Assembly (NCBI GenBank): GCA_046153645.1
Contig: JBJXGI010000044.1
Span: 513-64,512, forward strand
DNA length: 64,000 bases
Source of the DNA: Elusimicrobiota bacterium
GTDB taxonomy: Bacteria > Elusimicrobiota > Elusimicrobia > F11
Direction of reading: 5' to 3'
Shown: positions 42,868 to 54,500 of the stretch, one piece after another
Layout: each line of letters opens with the position of its first letter
Position numbering within the stretch: the stretch's first letter is position 1
Made by a program: the position numbers and the translations under genes
Notes under the pieces: model-generated
What the model was told of the DNA's origin: nothing
The model's database searches: none
The model's input: the letters and a program-made list of their open reading frames with translations, nothing else

Positions 42868-44562
42868 ATGTCTTACGTTGTCCTGGCCAGAAAATATAGA
42901 CCGCAAAATTTTGATGATGTGGTGGGTCAAAACCCTGTATCACAAACGCTTTTAAATGCGCTTGAATCAGGCCGTGTGGCTCACGCCTATATTTTTTCCG
43001 GACCCAGAGGTGTTGGTAAAACCACGACCGCTCGAATTTTGGCCAAATGTTTAAACTGCGAAAAAGGCCCCACAAAAAACCCTTGCCAAAAATGCGCTTC
43101 ATGCCAATCTATCACTGATAACAATTCTGTAGATGATGTTCTAGAAATTGATGGCGCCTCTAACCGTGGTATCGAACAAATAAGAGAACTGAGAGAAAAT
43201 GCCAAATACGCTCCGGCCCGTAGCCGCTACCGAATTTATATTATCGACGAAGCTCACCAAATCACCAAAGACGCCTTTGGCGCACTCTTAAAAACACTAG
43301 AAGAACCGCCATCCCATGTGGTTTTTATGATGGCAACAACAGAAGTTCAAAAAATTCCAGCCCCTATTCTTTCCCGATGCCAAAGATTTTCTTTACGACC
43401 TATTTCATCAGAATTGGTTCTTAAACACTTAAAGAATATATGTGTTCAAGAAAAAATTAATGTGGAAGAAGAAGCGCTGGCCAATATTATTCGATTTGTA
43501 GAAGGGTCTATGAGAGACGCACTTTCCCTTTTAGATCAAGCCATTGTTTTTTCTCCAGAAAAAATTACTCTTCAAGCGGTACGGGATTTATTGGGTTTAC
43601 TCCCACTAGAAACAATTCGTAAAACAGCCCTGGCTATTCAAGCCGGAGATCCGACCGCGATTCTTCAACAAATTGATGAGTGTGCGAAAAATGGAATTGA
43701 CCTCACCCAACTCGGAAAAGACCTTCAACACCATTTTCATAATTTACTTCTGGCTAAAGCCGGGGTTCCGGATCCTTTTGATGTGAACAGACAAGAAACA
43801 GAAAAAGAAGCAACGCAGCACGACTTTGCGCAACTGGAGCGTTATATTCGACTGCTATCAAAAGCACTTGAAGACATGCGTTATTCTGAAACACCACGCG
43901 CAGTATTTGAAATTTACATTCTCCGTATGGGACAAAAAGTATGGGACGTAAGAGAAATATTAAACCGATTAGAACAATTGGAAAAATCGGGGCCCGCTAC
44001 TCCCGCTATCACGCCCACTACTACCATTACAAATTCATTCATGGGTGCGAAGGTGGGAATTCAGACCATTAAACCGAAGGAAATAACTCAATCTCAGGCC
44101 CCGGTCGCCAAGGCTCCTAAAACACTAGCGGATGACGGCATTAAAACAAAACCACCTGCTTCAGATTTTAACTGGACTGAATTTTTAGATGAAGTTCTCA
44201 AAGTTAAAATGACTTTGGGGTCCACTCTGCAAGAAGCAAAATATGAAATGACTCAACAAGGAGTCCAATTATCCGTTCAAAGCTCATTTCATCAAGATTT
44301 ATTAACACGATCTATGGATATTTTAAAATCAACGGCCATGAAATTATTTGGGTCTACACCAACTTTTATTATCACTGTGGATAAAACCACATCCAAAGAC
44401 ACCAAACCGAAAAACTCCCTCACAAATCCTGGGACAAGTTCACTTGCCAAACTGCCTGAAGCCGATGATTTAGAAGAAGTATCTTCTACTGACATCGATC
44501 CTGAATTACAGAAAGCGTTGAAACATTTCCCCGGCACATTGAAACGCGAAAAATCTTCATGA
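42868..44562 (+). CDS. dnaX: DNA polymerase III subunit gamma/tau
   Basis: MSYVVLARKYRPQ, GPRGVGKTT, Cys4 zinc module, IIDEAH, LLKTLEEPP, SRC. Confidence 0.96.
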   Translation: MSYVVLARKYRPQNFDDVVGQNPVSQTLLNALESGRVAHAYIFSGPRGVGKTTTARILAKCLNCEKGPTKNPCQKCASCQSITDNNSVDDVLEIDGASNRGIEQIRELRENAKYAPARSRYRIYIIDEAHQITKDAFGALLKTLEEPPSHVVFMMATTEVQKIPAPILSRCQRFSLRPISSELVLKHLKNICVQEKINVEEEALANIIRFVEGSMRDALSLLDQAIVFSPEKITLQAVRDLLGLLPLETIRKTALAIQAGDPTAILQQIDECAKNGIDLTQLGKDLQHHFHNLLLAKAGVPDPFDVNRQETEKEATQHDFAQLERYIRLLSKALEDMRYSETPRAVFEIYILRMGQKVWDVREILNRLEQLEKSGPATPAITPTTTITNSFMGAKVGIQTIKPKEITQSQAPVAKAPKTLADDGIKTKPPASDFNWTEFLDEVLKVKMTLGSTLQEAKYEMTQQGVQLSVQSSFHQDLLTRSMDILKSTAMKLFGSTPTFIITVDKTTSKDTKPKNSLTNPGTSSLAKLPEADDLEEVSSTDIDPELQKALKHFPGTLKREKSS

Positions 44563-45155
44563 TTTCTAGACGGTGGCAGAACTTAGTCACAGCCGTTCGT
44601 AAATTGCCAGGAGTGGGCCCCCGCATGGCAGAACGTATGGCACTTTATCTTTTGAAATCAAATGAAACAGGAAACTTACTTCGAACGATTCAAGAGGCGA
44701 AAAACCACCTCAATCCCTGCTCTTTGTGTGGCGTTTTTACTGAAGAAGACCCTTGTCTGAGATGCACAGACTCAAAACGCGACTCTCATCTTATTTGTGT
44801 TCTAGAAGAAATGGCCGATTTGGAAGCGATGGAGAGATCAGGAATTTATCGAGGGCATTACCATATTCTCGGCGGCGTTTTGTCCCCCCTCGACGGTATT
44901 GGTCCAAAAGAATTACGCATTGAACCTCTGATAAAACGAATTCAAGCGACGAACTCACCATTCGAAGAAATTATTGTTGCAACCAACCCCACTGTAGAAG
45001 GAGAAGCCACCGCAACTTATTTAGCTCAACTTATCGAACCCACAGGAAAAAAAATGACCCGCCTTGCTTATGGATTACCTGCCGGCGCCTCCATTGAATA
45101 TGCCGATGAACTAACCATCGCACGCGCCTATGAAGGGCGTAAACCCTTGTGCTAA
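44559..45155 (+). CDS. recR: Recombination mediator RecR
   Basis: LPGVGPR HhH, C4 zinc finger, Toprim ATNPTVEGEATA, EYAD. Confidence 0.96.
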   Translation: MISRRWQNLVTAVRKLPGVGPRMAERMALYLLKSNETGNLLRTIQEAKNHLNPCSLCGVFTEEDPCLRCTDSKRDSHLICVLEEMADLEAMERSGIYRGHYHILGGVLSPLDGIGPKELRIEPLIKRIQATNSPFEEIIVATNPTVEGEATATYLAQLIEPTGKKMTRLAYGLPAGASIEYADELTIARAYEGRKPLC

Positions 45156-46084
45156 ATAACTCTAGCTCATTAAAACCGTCATTCCCGAATGCCTTAGTCG
45201 GGAATCTAAATTATTTAAAGCAAGATCCCCGATTGAAACGCTCGGGGATGACGGGAATTTTTCTGTTCGTCATGATTTTATTGTCAACCTCAACATGCCT
45301 CTTCGCCTCCTACTCAGATCTCTCCCCAGAAGAGGCCACTGTTAAAATAGATGAGGTTGTCGCTAGCAAAAAAGCGACCAAAGAATTTCTAAATTATCTT
45401 AATCAATCACTTAAAAATCCAGAAACCCCAATCAAAATAAAAGAAAGTGCCGCATGGGCACTGGGAGAACTGAATGCCAAACAATTTTCGCCTACTCTTT
45501 TAAGTGCTGCTCAAGACAAAGGTCTCTTGGTTCGCTCAGCGGCCATGGATTCACTGATTAAGTTAAGAGATTCAAATGCCCTCACGCTTATTATGAAAAG
45601 TGCGAAAACAGACCCCATCTTAGCTCTTCGGCTTAAAGCAACTTTGGGCTTGGGACTTTTAAAGTCCGATAAAGGAATACAAACAATTGTTGATCTATCC
45701 AGTGATGAAAGAGAAGAAATAAGAGCGGCATCAGTCCTTAGCATGGGCGCTTTGCATTCCAAGAAAAATGATTTTTCAGAAATCCTCAAAGAAATGACTC
45801 AAGATAAAAGTGAATTTGTTCAAGAAAGAGCCAAACAAACCTTGGCACTTATCAAAAAAACAAAACAAGCTGCGCAAAACCAATTAACTTCATCAGATGA
45901 AGACATCCGTCTTTTTGCCGCTTTGTATTTGAAAAGTAATGGTGCCTCAAAAGATATTTCTTACATGAAAGAAGCGTTAAATGGAGAATCGAATGATTCA
46001 GTAAGAAGAGAACTAGAACAAGCCATCCAAGCCATCAAAAAAAGAAATAAACCCTCAAAACCCGCCCCAAAGAAGAAAAAATAA
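45149..46084 (+). CDS. Exported HEAT-repeat protein (start uncertain: 45149 or 45248)
   Basis: AAWALG, VRSAA, IRAAS, IRLFAA HEAT-like units after a hydrophobic signal segment. Confidence 0.75.
   Translation: MLNNSSSLKPSFPNALVGNLNYLKQDPRLKRSGMTGIFLFVMILLSTSTCLFASYSDLSPEEATVKIDEVVASKKATKEFLNYLNQSLKNPETPIKIKESAAWALGELNAKQFSPTLLSAAQDKGLLVRSAAMDSLIKLRDSNALTLIMKSAKTDPILALRLKATLGLGLLKSDKGIQTIVDLSSDEREEIRAASVLSMGALHSKKNDFSEILKEMTQDKSEFVQERAKQTLALIKKTKQAAQNQLTSSDEDIRLFAALYLKSNGASKDISYMKEALNGESNDSVRRELEQAIQAIKKRNKPSKPAPKKKK
45176..45254. repeat. Nested palindromic element (GTCATTCCCG...CGGGAATC type, RPE-4/dRS3-like)
   Basis: CCGTCATTCCCGA...TCGGGAATC...GATCCCCGA...TCGGGGATGACGG. Confidence 0.8.
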
Positions 46085-46095
46085 ATACTCGAGTC

Positions 46096-46815
46096 TTAGA
46101 GTGAATCACCCTTATCAAAGGCCATCTGCACATCTCTTATCCAGGTGTCGGTTGGAAATTTAGACCAAATGGGTTTTGTGTTTTCTAAGAGCTGTTGGAA
46201 CAGGGCTTTGTTTTTTACAACTCGAGCCAATGAAGGGTGCGCGAACAATAAATAATATTCAAAGGTAGGATTTTTGGCGCCCTTACAAAAATCCAGAAAA
46301 TGCAATTGCGCATCAAGTTCTGGTTTTTGATTCCATCTCGAAATAAACTCTGCAAATCGCCCAGGTTCGTGTTCAGTCACGGGCGCAAAAAATTCGGCGA
46401 TCAATTGATCTCTTTCTTTCGAAAACAAAACAACATCTTTATATTCAGTGGCCCATTCCATTTTTTCACATTGTTCTTTATTAAAGTGATCAATCATAAA
46501 CAATGATATCTTCTGATCAAAAATCTTTAACATGGCTTGATATAACTCTTCAAACACTTCTTTATCTTTTAATAAATTTCTGTTGGAATTTATGAACTGA
46601 GAAACGAGCCCGATTTGAGGAGCATCATTGGAAGGAGCCAAATAAATTTTATTGAGAAGCTGAGGTAAAAAACGTGCGTCTTCGAGCAATTTTAACTTTG
46701 AAGGTGTTTTTCCCACTTCACCGGGAAAAACTTTTTTAAAAACCGCCTCTAAATGCGGGAATACAGCCTCATCATCAAGAACTTCTGTTCCAAACGGAGA
46801 AACGGAACGTCTCAT
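46096..46815 (-). CDS. Hypothetical protein
   Basis: 239-aa ORF with 4-bp overlap to the upstream TPR gene; no motif recognised. Confidence 0.65.
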   Translation of the reverse strand: MRRSVSPFGTEVLDDEAVFPHLEAVFKKVFPGEVGKTPSKLKLLEDARFLPQLLNKIYLAPSNDAPQIGLVSQFINSNRNLLKDKEVFEELYQAMLKIFDQKISLFMIDHFNKEQCEKMEWATEYKDVVLFSKERDQLIAEFFAPVTEHEPGRFAEFISRWNQKPELDAQLHFLDFCKGAKNPTFEYYLLFAHPSLARVVKNKALFQQLLENTKPIWSKFPTDTWIRDVQMAFDKGDSL

Positions 46816-48425
46816 AGAGGAGAAATAATTGAATTGATTATCATCTTGTTATTTTTATCAAACCCTTTTTTGTTTTTAAAGAGAATTATTTTTTCTTTTA
46901 ATCGTCTTGAATTGGACGCTTTGATTGTTTTCTCTACTTTAGCTAAATCTCTATATTCTGCCTCATCACTGTACAAATATAACAGCAAGGCCGCCTCTGC
47001 TTTTTTCGTCGAATAACGAGGAAATTCTGACTTACTAAAAGCAAGTTTCCAATTTTCTAACGCAAAATCAGTTTGCCCTGTCATCCACAAAGAAAACCCT
47101 AACTCTAAATAATATTCAGGTTCCAATTCATCTTGAAAATGCGTAGATTTTTCGATGGCTAACATAGATTCAACCAAAGACGTATTATTTGACAATAACG
47201 CAGCCCGCAATTGAAATTTTTTCTGATAGGGATCATTTGGGTTGAGTGAACCCACCTCTCCTGTCCATTGATTTGAAATCATTTGCATCAAGGCTTTAAT
47301 AGTTGATAAATGGGTTATCCAATAGGTTAGTTTTAAGTCGTGAGCGATCTTGATTGCTTTGTCTAAAGACTCATGGGCATACATGATTTCATTGAGTTCA
47401 AATTGAACAAAAGCAATTTCCCGAAAATCAAACATTAAATCTAAAAGTTGTGAATTATCGGTATGAAAACGAACCGCGATTCTTAAGTCTTCCCAGGCTT
47501 TTAAAGGTTCACCTATTTTTCTAAAAAAACCAGCTCTTTGATAATAAGCAAAAGCGGCTCCATTTGAATCTCTAAGCGCTCTAAAAGAAATAAGTGTTCG
47601 ATTACAACTTGTTAACGCCTGTTTTTCATTTTTATGGAATAAAATCTCTGCTTTTCTTAAATCAATCCAAGCCAATTTATCTTTCACATCTTGTTCTTGG
47701 AACCCTTCTTTTGCTTGATCGAGTAAAGAAAGAGCTGATTCAAATTTTTCTTGAAGAATTTCTATTTCAGCACTGGCGAGTAAACACTCAGCTTTCCCAA
47801 GAGAGTCTGGAGCTGAAGTTGAAAAACATTTCAACGCCTTATTTAAATGTTCTTCAGCTTGATCTATGATTCTTTGTGTTTTAAAAATTTTACCCATCAG
47901 GAAAAATGACCAAGCAACACCAAATCTATTTTGAAATTCAGAAAAAATAGCCTGCGCTCTTTTCAAATGGTTTAAGCTATCAATATATTCGTTCCTATCA
48001 AGCAAGGCCATGGCCAAATGTAAATGCGACCATCCCAATTCTTGCGGTTGTTTTAATGTTTGCAACAACGAAAACGCCTTATTCGCATAATCAAAAAACA
48101 TGCTATGCCGCTTCATTTCTCGATAAACAACAGCATATTCCTGATAAACCATAGCCAAACCAAACTTTTCATCTAACAGTTCAAAGATAGCCTTGGCTTC
48201 ATCTAATGCTTGGATGGACCCTTCCAATCTATTTTGAATTCTTTGGATGGCCGCCATATCCAGCAAGTTCCAAGCCAGTGATAAACGATCGCGCGCTTTT
48301 TGAGATTGGCGTAAATTGAAACGTGTTTTTTGAAAAACAACTTTGGCCCGTTCAGGTAGCAGCGGCTGTCCTAAAGGAAAATGGTGCAAATCGATATTGT
48401 AAATTGAGTTGTTCATAAAGTACAT
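46812..48425 (-). CDS. TPR-repeat protein (MalT-like TPR)
   Basis: ~40-aa helical repeats such as GLAMVY...A.S and GVAWSF.LMG...A.E.L.KAL. Confidence 0.8.
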   Translation of the reverse strand: MYFMNNSIYNIDLHHFPLGQPLLPERAKVVFQKTRFNLRQSQKARDRLSLAWNLLDMAAIQRIQNRLEGSIQALDEAKAIFELLDEKFGLAMVYQEYAVVYREMKRHSMFFDYANKAFSLLQTLKQPQELGWSHLHLAMALLDRNEYIDSLNHLKRAQAIFSEFQNRFGVAWSFFLMGKIFKTQRIIDQAEEHLNKALKCFSTSAPDSLGKAECLLASAEIEILQEKFESALSLLDQAKEGFQEQDVKDKLAWIDLRKAEILFHKNEKQALTSCNRTLISFRALRDSNGAAFAYYQRAGFFRKIGEPLKAWEDLRIAVRFHTDNSQLLDLMFDFREIAFVQFELNEIMYAHESLDKAIKIAHDLKLTYWITHLSTIKALMQMISNQWTGEVGSLNPNDPYQKKFQLRAALLSNNTSLVESMLAIEKSTHFQDELEPEYYLELGFSLWMTGQTDFALENWKLAFSKSEFPRYSTKKAEAALLLYLYSDEAEYRDLAKVEKTIKASNSRRLKEKIILFKNKKGFDKNNKMIINSIISPL

Positions 48426-48526
48426 TTATTCTACAAGCAGAAGATTAATTCCCCATGAATTCTGTGTTAATTAGTTGAAACAATTAAAAACGCGAAAAAT
48501 ATTGATAATCATATATTTTTAAAAAA

Positions 48527-51500
48527 TCAAGCTTGCTGAGAGCCCTTTTCATGACCGCCTATTTTCTTATCCAATAAAGGCCCTCCCACTTTTGGTGCTG
48601 CGTCAATAATGTGTGGTGGCAAAATATCAACTTGCACACCAAAATTTGATTCAAGGGATTTTTTAAGTTCATCCAGGGTCTGAAGGGCTGTATTATTGGG
48701 CTGAGCACTGATGAGAACCTCTATTGTATCGGTATCATCCTCAGGAATTTTAATAGAGTCTTTATCTTGATAAAAAACTTTATATCCTGCTTTGTAGATA
48801 TCAACAAAAGTTCTTTGAACCATTTGGAGCAATCGCTCTCCGGCATTTAAATTTAAACCACTTGTCTCCATATCTTGAGAATGATCTAAAAGCGCTTTAC
48901 GGTTTAATACAACTTTAGCCACTGCGTGCGTTGATGTCTCTTGACCAGGGAGAGGGTCCCAATAAGATTTTCCATTCATTAAACTATGAGCAATAAAAAG
49001 AACATGGGTCCACTCCGCGGCTAATAAGTACGGAGGAAGTAAAGATAAGTCAACCTCTGGTGATTTTTCTTTTAATCGAGCCAACACTGTCTCTAACATC
49101 CGAGATATTCCCTCAAATTGTTTTTTAAGCGTGTCCGACTCTTTTAATGCAAAATATCCACCTGGAGTTTTTACCCCTTCTCGGTCAACAACAGCATAAA
49201 CAACATCTAAATCCGCTCTTAAAAGAGCCGCTAAAATCCAAGCCAATTGATGCCCTTTAATACGAGGGTCGAGTCTAAATTTTTGAGTGTCTACACTCGG
49301 GGGAACATTTTTGTAGCGATCCCAAATCTTTTCTAATACCTCGTCTTGAATGGGAGGATGAGCCCAATCATTTTGTGAAAAACCCAGTGCTTCTAAAAGC
49401 CAAGGCAAGTGAACCAGCATTTCACCAGAATTAAGAACGCGATTTTCCAGTTTCAAACGATCAACTTCGGCACTTTTTTCAAGCTCATGGTCGTCACGTA
49501 TATCGTTTTGGAATGGGGTACCGCCTTTCTCAAACACAATTTCTTTGATCTTAATTCGTGTATTGGGCACTTCTTTCCATCCCTCTTCTGTTTTTTCTTC
49601 TATGAAGGGTATAGGTTTTCGTTGTGTTGATTCATAAGACACTGTAAAAACAACATCTTGCCTATCAGCGGTAGCCAGTGTGACATCAACAAGAGGGATA
49701 TCAGAAAGAGTAGATGAAAGAAATTGTAATTTAGGAGATAAAACATCATTGTTATCCAAATGCATTTCAACGGCGCCCTGTTTATCTTTTTTAATGCTGA
49801 CCCCTTCAGGCAACTGAGTTTTACTTTCATCAATGAAATATTTTTTACCGTCTTTTCGTAAAATAATCTTCCCCTCGCCTTTTTCCTCATCTTTAAATTT
49901 AATGGATGAATAAACAAAACTTCTTCCTTCTCGAACTCTTACAGTTTCTGACAAACCTTGACTCGATATCACTTTTTTATTTCCTAATGTTTTAATACTG
50001 ACAGGCTGCCCATCGATATCCAAATTAAACATAAGCTCACGGTCTACTAAAATGACCATGATCGGTTTTCCAGAATCGCGGAGTATCTTTATGGCATTCC
50101 CATCAGGAACGGTAATATTATCTCCGGCTTTCACACTGGCAACCTCAACCCCTTGGTGGGCCCATTTGAAGAAATCCCCATTAATGACATGTGTAAAAAT
50201 GGCGTCTAATGCCCCCAGTGGGCGAACCCATAATTTCTCTCCTGAATCTCCAGGGACATATAAAACTCCCCCAAAACGATTTAAAAAGGGAAGCGCGCTT
50301 TGGGCTGTTGTTAAACTTAAATTAACCTGGTCTTTAAACCCTAATATCTGAATTAAAGGATCATGGTTTATATCAGCTTGAACGTAAGATTTATTATCAC
50401 GCGTCACAAGAAAACTGACAAATGATTTGGCGGCTCTCACTGGGACAAAACCCGCCCACAAAATTAAATTAAGAGCCGCAACAGAAGAAAAAATACGGGC
50501 GTTTTTAAAAGTTATCTGCAATACACCTAAGACAGCTTTAGTCAAAAATTCTGGAACCCATGGCTTACTGTCAGAAAACCGCGCCCCTGCGCCAGAATTC
50601 ATTTGAATAGAAGCCACTTTTCCTTCCGCAAAAGCTCGCTCTAATAAAACTTGTCCAGCCTCTCGCTCAGCGGGAGACAAGCCAGTTAAATCAACAATCT
50701 TTTCAGGACCATCGGCTAACTTAACAGGAATTAATTTTCCTGGCTTGTCTGGAATGCTTCCAACTAACTCATCATCTTTTATTATTTGGTTGTTACGGTG
50801 CGTTAAAATAATGCTGTTAAACTGACGCGCTGTCATTCCTAACACGGGTGGCACAGCGCGGGTAATGGCCTTTAATGCCAAATCCCATTTAAACTCAGAA
50901 ATCAATGTGGCCACCGTCACTGGTTTTTTGGTTTGAGGATCAACAATGGTGAGATCTAACAAATGAACAATTTGATGGGCTTGCGGATCTTGATGTCCCA
51001 ATAAATCAGTCTCTTCTTTTAAGAGAGGGTGAACAACTTCCGGGTTTCCATTAAAAAATTCCAAATCTTTTTCGGTGTAATGTCCGCCGGTATCAGGGTT
51101 AATGTATTTTTTTAATCGATATCTTAAATCAGGGGCCAATCGATCATGCTCTAAACCTCGTTGTTGATAAAGCACGTCTACAAAAATAGGAATGCTGGCC
51201 AAAGAACTCCCCACAAAAGCGATTGCTTCATTAAGAAGATTAATTATCCAATGAAGCGGAAGGAAAACCGTATATTTACGAACATAAAAAATTCTAAAAA
51301 GCATAAACTCGTGAGGGGCGGCTATCACTTGAGAAAGAGGGTCCGCTTTTTTCTCATTTATTAAAATGACTTTTTTATTGGGAAGAGACGGATGTAGTTC
51401 ATTTAAGAAAACGGTGTGCGATAAGCTGATTTTACGGTAGAGAGATTGCGGGTTTTTTAAATCAAGAAGCGCAAAAAGTTCAGGGTGAGATTGTGGTGTT

Positions 51501-54500
51501 GCCCCTGTTGGAAAATAATCTTGAATCCAACTAATTTTAATAGCTCCACGATATCCCAAATACCGTATTAAACGGTATTCCCCTTGAGGACCCGCGCGAA
51601 TAAAACCAATAGAGCGAAGAACCGCCAATATCATCAATCCCAATGCTTGAAAAATAAAATAAGAAACAACAAATATAATTGGGAAAATAATCGCGGAAAC
51701 CAAAATAGTTGGCGTGAAATAATACAGTAAACCCAATAACCCAACACTTGAAAATAAAGCCCCAACTGAGTTAGAAAGGCTCAAATTATTTCCAAATCTC
51801 GGCTTGGGATTTAACGCGGATATATCGTTTAAGATCGGAGAATTATTTAATCCATAAAAATCTCTATCATTTCTAAAATTCCGATACTTTGGGTCTAAAT
51901 CACGATAACCAGGGATATTTTTTTCTATAAATTTTTCTAATCTCGAACGAATTTGATCTTGAAAAATAATAAGAAAATCAATAATGAGGTGGAATGCAAC
52001 AGCTGGCCAGTAAGAGCCAAAAAAATGTTGCGCGAAAGGGTAAAACCCAAAAATCAAACCAAACTGAAGCCACGCGAATATTAAAACTTTATAACTTGCT
52101 TCCCCTCCGTTTTGCTTGTAAATGGTGTAGGCTAATTCTGCGTGCAAGAATATTATCGTCAGCAAAATCCAAAAAACATATATACCGTCAAGAGGCAAAA
52201 GATATTGCGTGATAACATAGGCTTCAAGCATCGCCCCAACCAAACCAATCCACTTAAACAATGTTGAAAATTTTCTTGTGAATTTTTGAAGCCAATCGGG
52301 AGCTTCGTCAGATATTCCATAGAGATATATGAGAGAAGCGGGGGCAACAGAGGATATATCAGAAGTCCCAGACTTTTCCTCAACAAACTTATTCAAATTA
52401 TTTTTTAGTTCTGAACGGAAAATTTTTCCGCCGCCTCTAGAATAAGTTATCGAAGGATCACGAAATATAAACTCATCTAATTGTCTGTTGTTATGGGGTC
52501 TAACTCGGCGAATAATTTTTTTCAACTCAAGAATCCATTTACTTTTTAATTCCGCTGATATTTCACTTGTTCCCATCGCATCTGAGAATAAATGATCTTC
52601 AAAAGCGATTTTTTTAAATTCGGGGTAAAGCAACGAGGTAACAGCCATCAAATTCATGACGTCTGATGAGAAAAATAAAAATAAAGAAGCAGGGTCATAA
52701 GCATCTTCGCTCTCACTATTTCCATCTTCAGCTTCAAGCTGTATTGAGAGTTGGGGTGCGGCTGTTTCTAGAAAATTAAAAACATTATCAATAAGCACAT
52801 CATATTTTTTTGCCTGATCTGCGCTCAGAGAATGCGGTTCAGAAATAATTTTTCGATCTTCATCTATTAAATCTTTGAGCCGTTTCAACCCTTCTTTGTT
52901 CAAGAGAAGATCGGAATCAGAAGAAAAAATATTTAACAAGATACGCCCCATCTCTTTTTTCCGAATTCCTGAAGTAGATAAATATTCTTTTAATAACGAA
53001 TTTAAATAAAGCATGAGCAGAACAAAATCAATTTTATTCTCTTTCTCATGGCGACTTTTAGATGTTGGCATTAGTTTAACAATGAGCGAATAAAAAATTG
53101 CTCGCAAGTGTCGAGCTATTTCAAGAGCCGATAACATCGCATGATTTGGAAATTTTTCTATTGCACGGTCTTCAATATCTAAATACTCCATAGCCTCCAT
53201 TGAATATCCTGAACCAGCCAAGGTGACAAGTGAACTACTATCTCTTACAAAAACATGCCCGCTAGAATTGTCATCAAATTGAAGCTTTTTAAGAAGAGTC
53301 TCAACTCTTGTTGTGTAACCATCACCCCACTTCTCCCATTTCCCTGCCATCGAGACCACCAATAAAGAAAAAATATAATAATCCAGAAGGCTCTTCCCCA
53401 TATTCACCAAACTTTCGCGATCTTTAGGAATTTTGTCGAAAAAACGAACAGTTTTTAACACGCCTTCAAAGGTAACTGAAGTATCTTGACGATGAGCAAT
53501 AGGCCGTCCTTTTCCACCAGCGACTAAGAAAGTCCTTAAATTTATTTCTAATTGTTCGTTGGTTTTTCTCAGTATCTTATCAGGACCATAATTCTTAAAA
53601 AAATCCAAAACATCTATAAAGTCCTGTTTATTGGGCATAGGGCTATCAGATATAACTCCATCTATCTCTTTGTGTATTTCAGGTCGAAGCGCAATAAGTT
53701 CTTCAATGGCTTTTAAACCTTCTTCAAAAATTACTTGTTGTGGATCAGGAATGGGCGCTGGCTTTTGTATTAATTTGTTTTCAAGCTCAGCAATGACTGG
53801 TAAAACAGGCGATAAGTTTCGCGAAACAAGAAATCTACCCCCTTGCTCTTTGGCCTCTGGATGAGTGGAATTTTCTTTTAATTCAAATTCAAAGAAATGT
53901 TTAAAAATATCAGCAGAATAGTCTTGCGGCCCTACCATGAGGCTTTCCATTGAGGCGCCATGATTCCATGGGGGCAAGTTCATAAAAAAATGAACCATGA
54001 CAACCCAACGCTGACTAAGCCAGGATTGACCATCTGGAACATCTTGAACTTCTTTTTTTAGAGCTGTAAGAGACGATTTTATTTCAGCTTGATGTGTATA
54101 AATAAGATCGTAGAATTCCTTTTTCATGGCGACCCAATCGCTGTTACTCTCTAACTTATTTCCTTCTAATTCATTTTGACGATAAGGAATATCCCACAAA
54201 AAAGGCTTTGCATCTAAATCTATTTCAATTAATTTGTCGTCTTTATAAGCCAAGCCAAAAAGATAGGTACCAATGGCCAGCTCCCACTCTAAAGCATTCT
54301 TCACATCACTCGCGCCTTTCTCAAGAGCCTCTTTCAGTCTTTCCAAGGCATATTTAAAAGAAACAAGGCTTGATTTAAAATCAGTGACCTCACGTGGATA
54401 AATATTCGGTTGAAGATGTGTTCCTGTAATAAAAAGAGACAATTTCTCTACTCGGTCACGATAAAGAGGGGGAAGATTGACATAACTAAAACTCAGTTCA

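Noticed and set aside
42868-44562. Programmed frameshift site in dnaX
   Set aside because: No clear A-AAA-AAG or long homopolymer slippery site noticed in the expected region.
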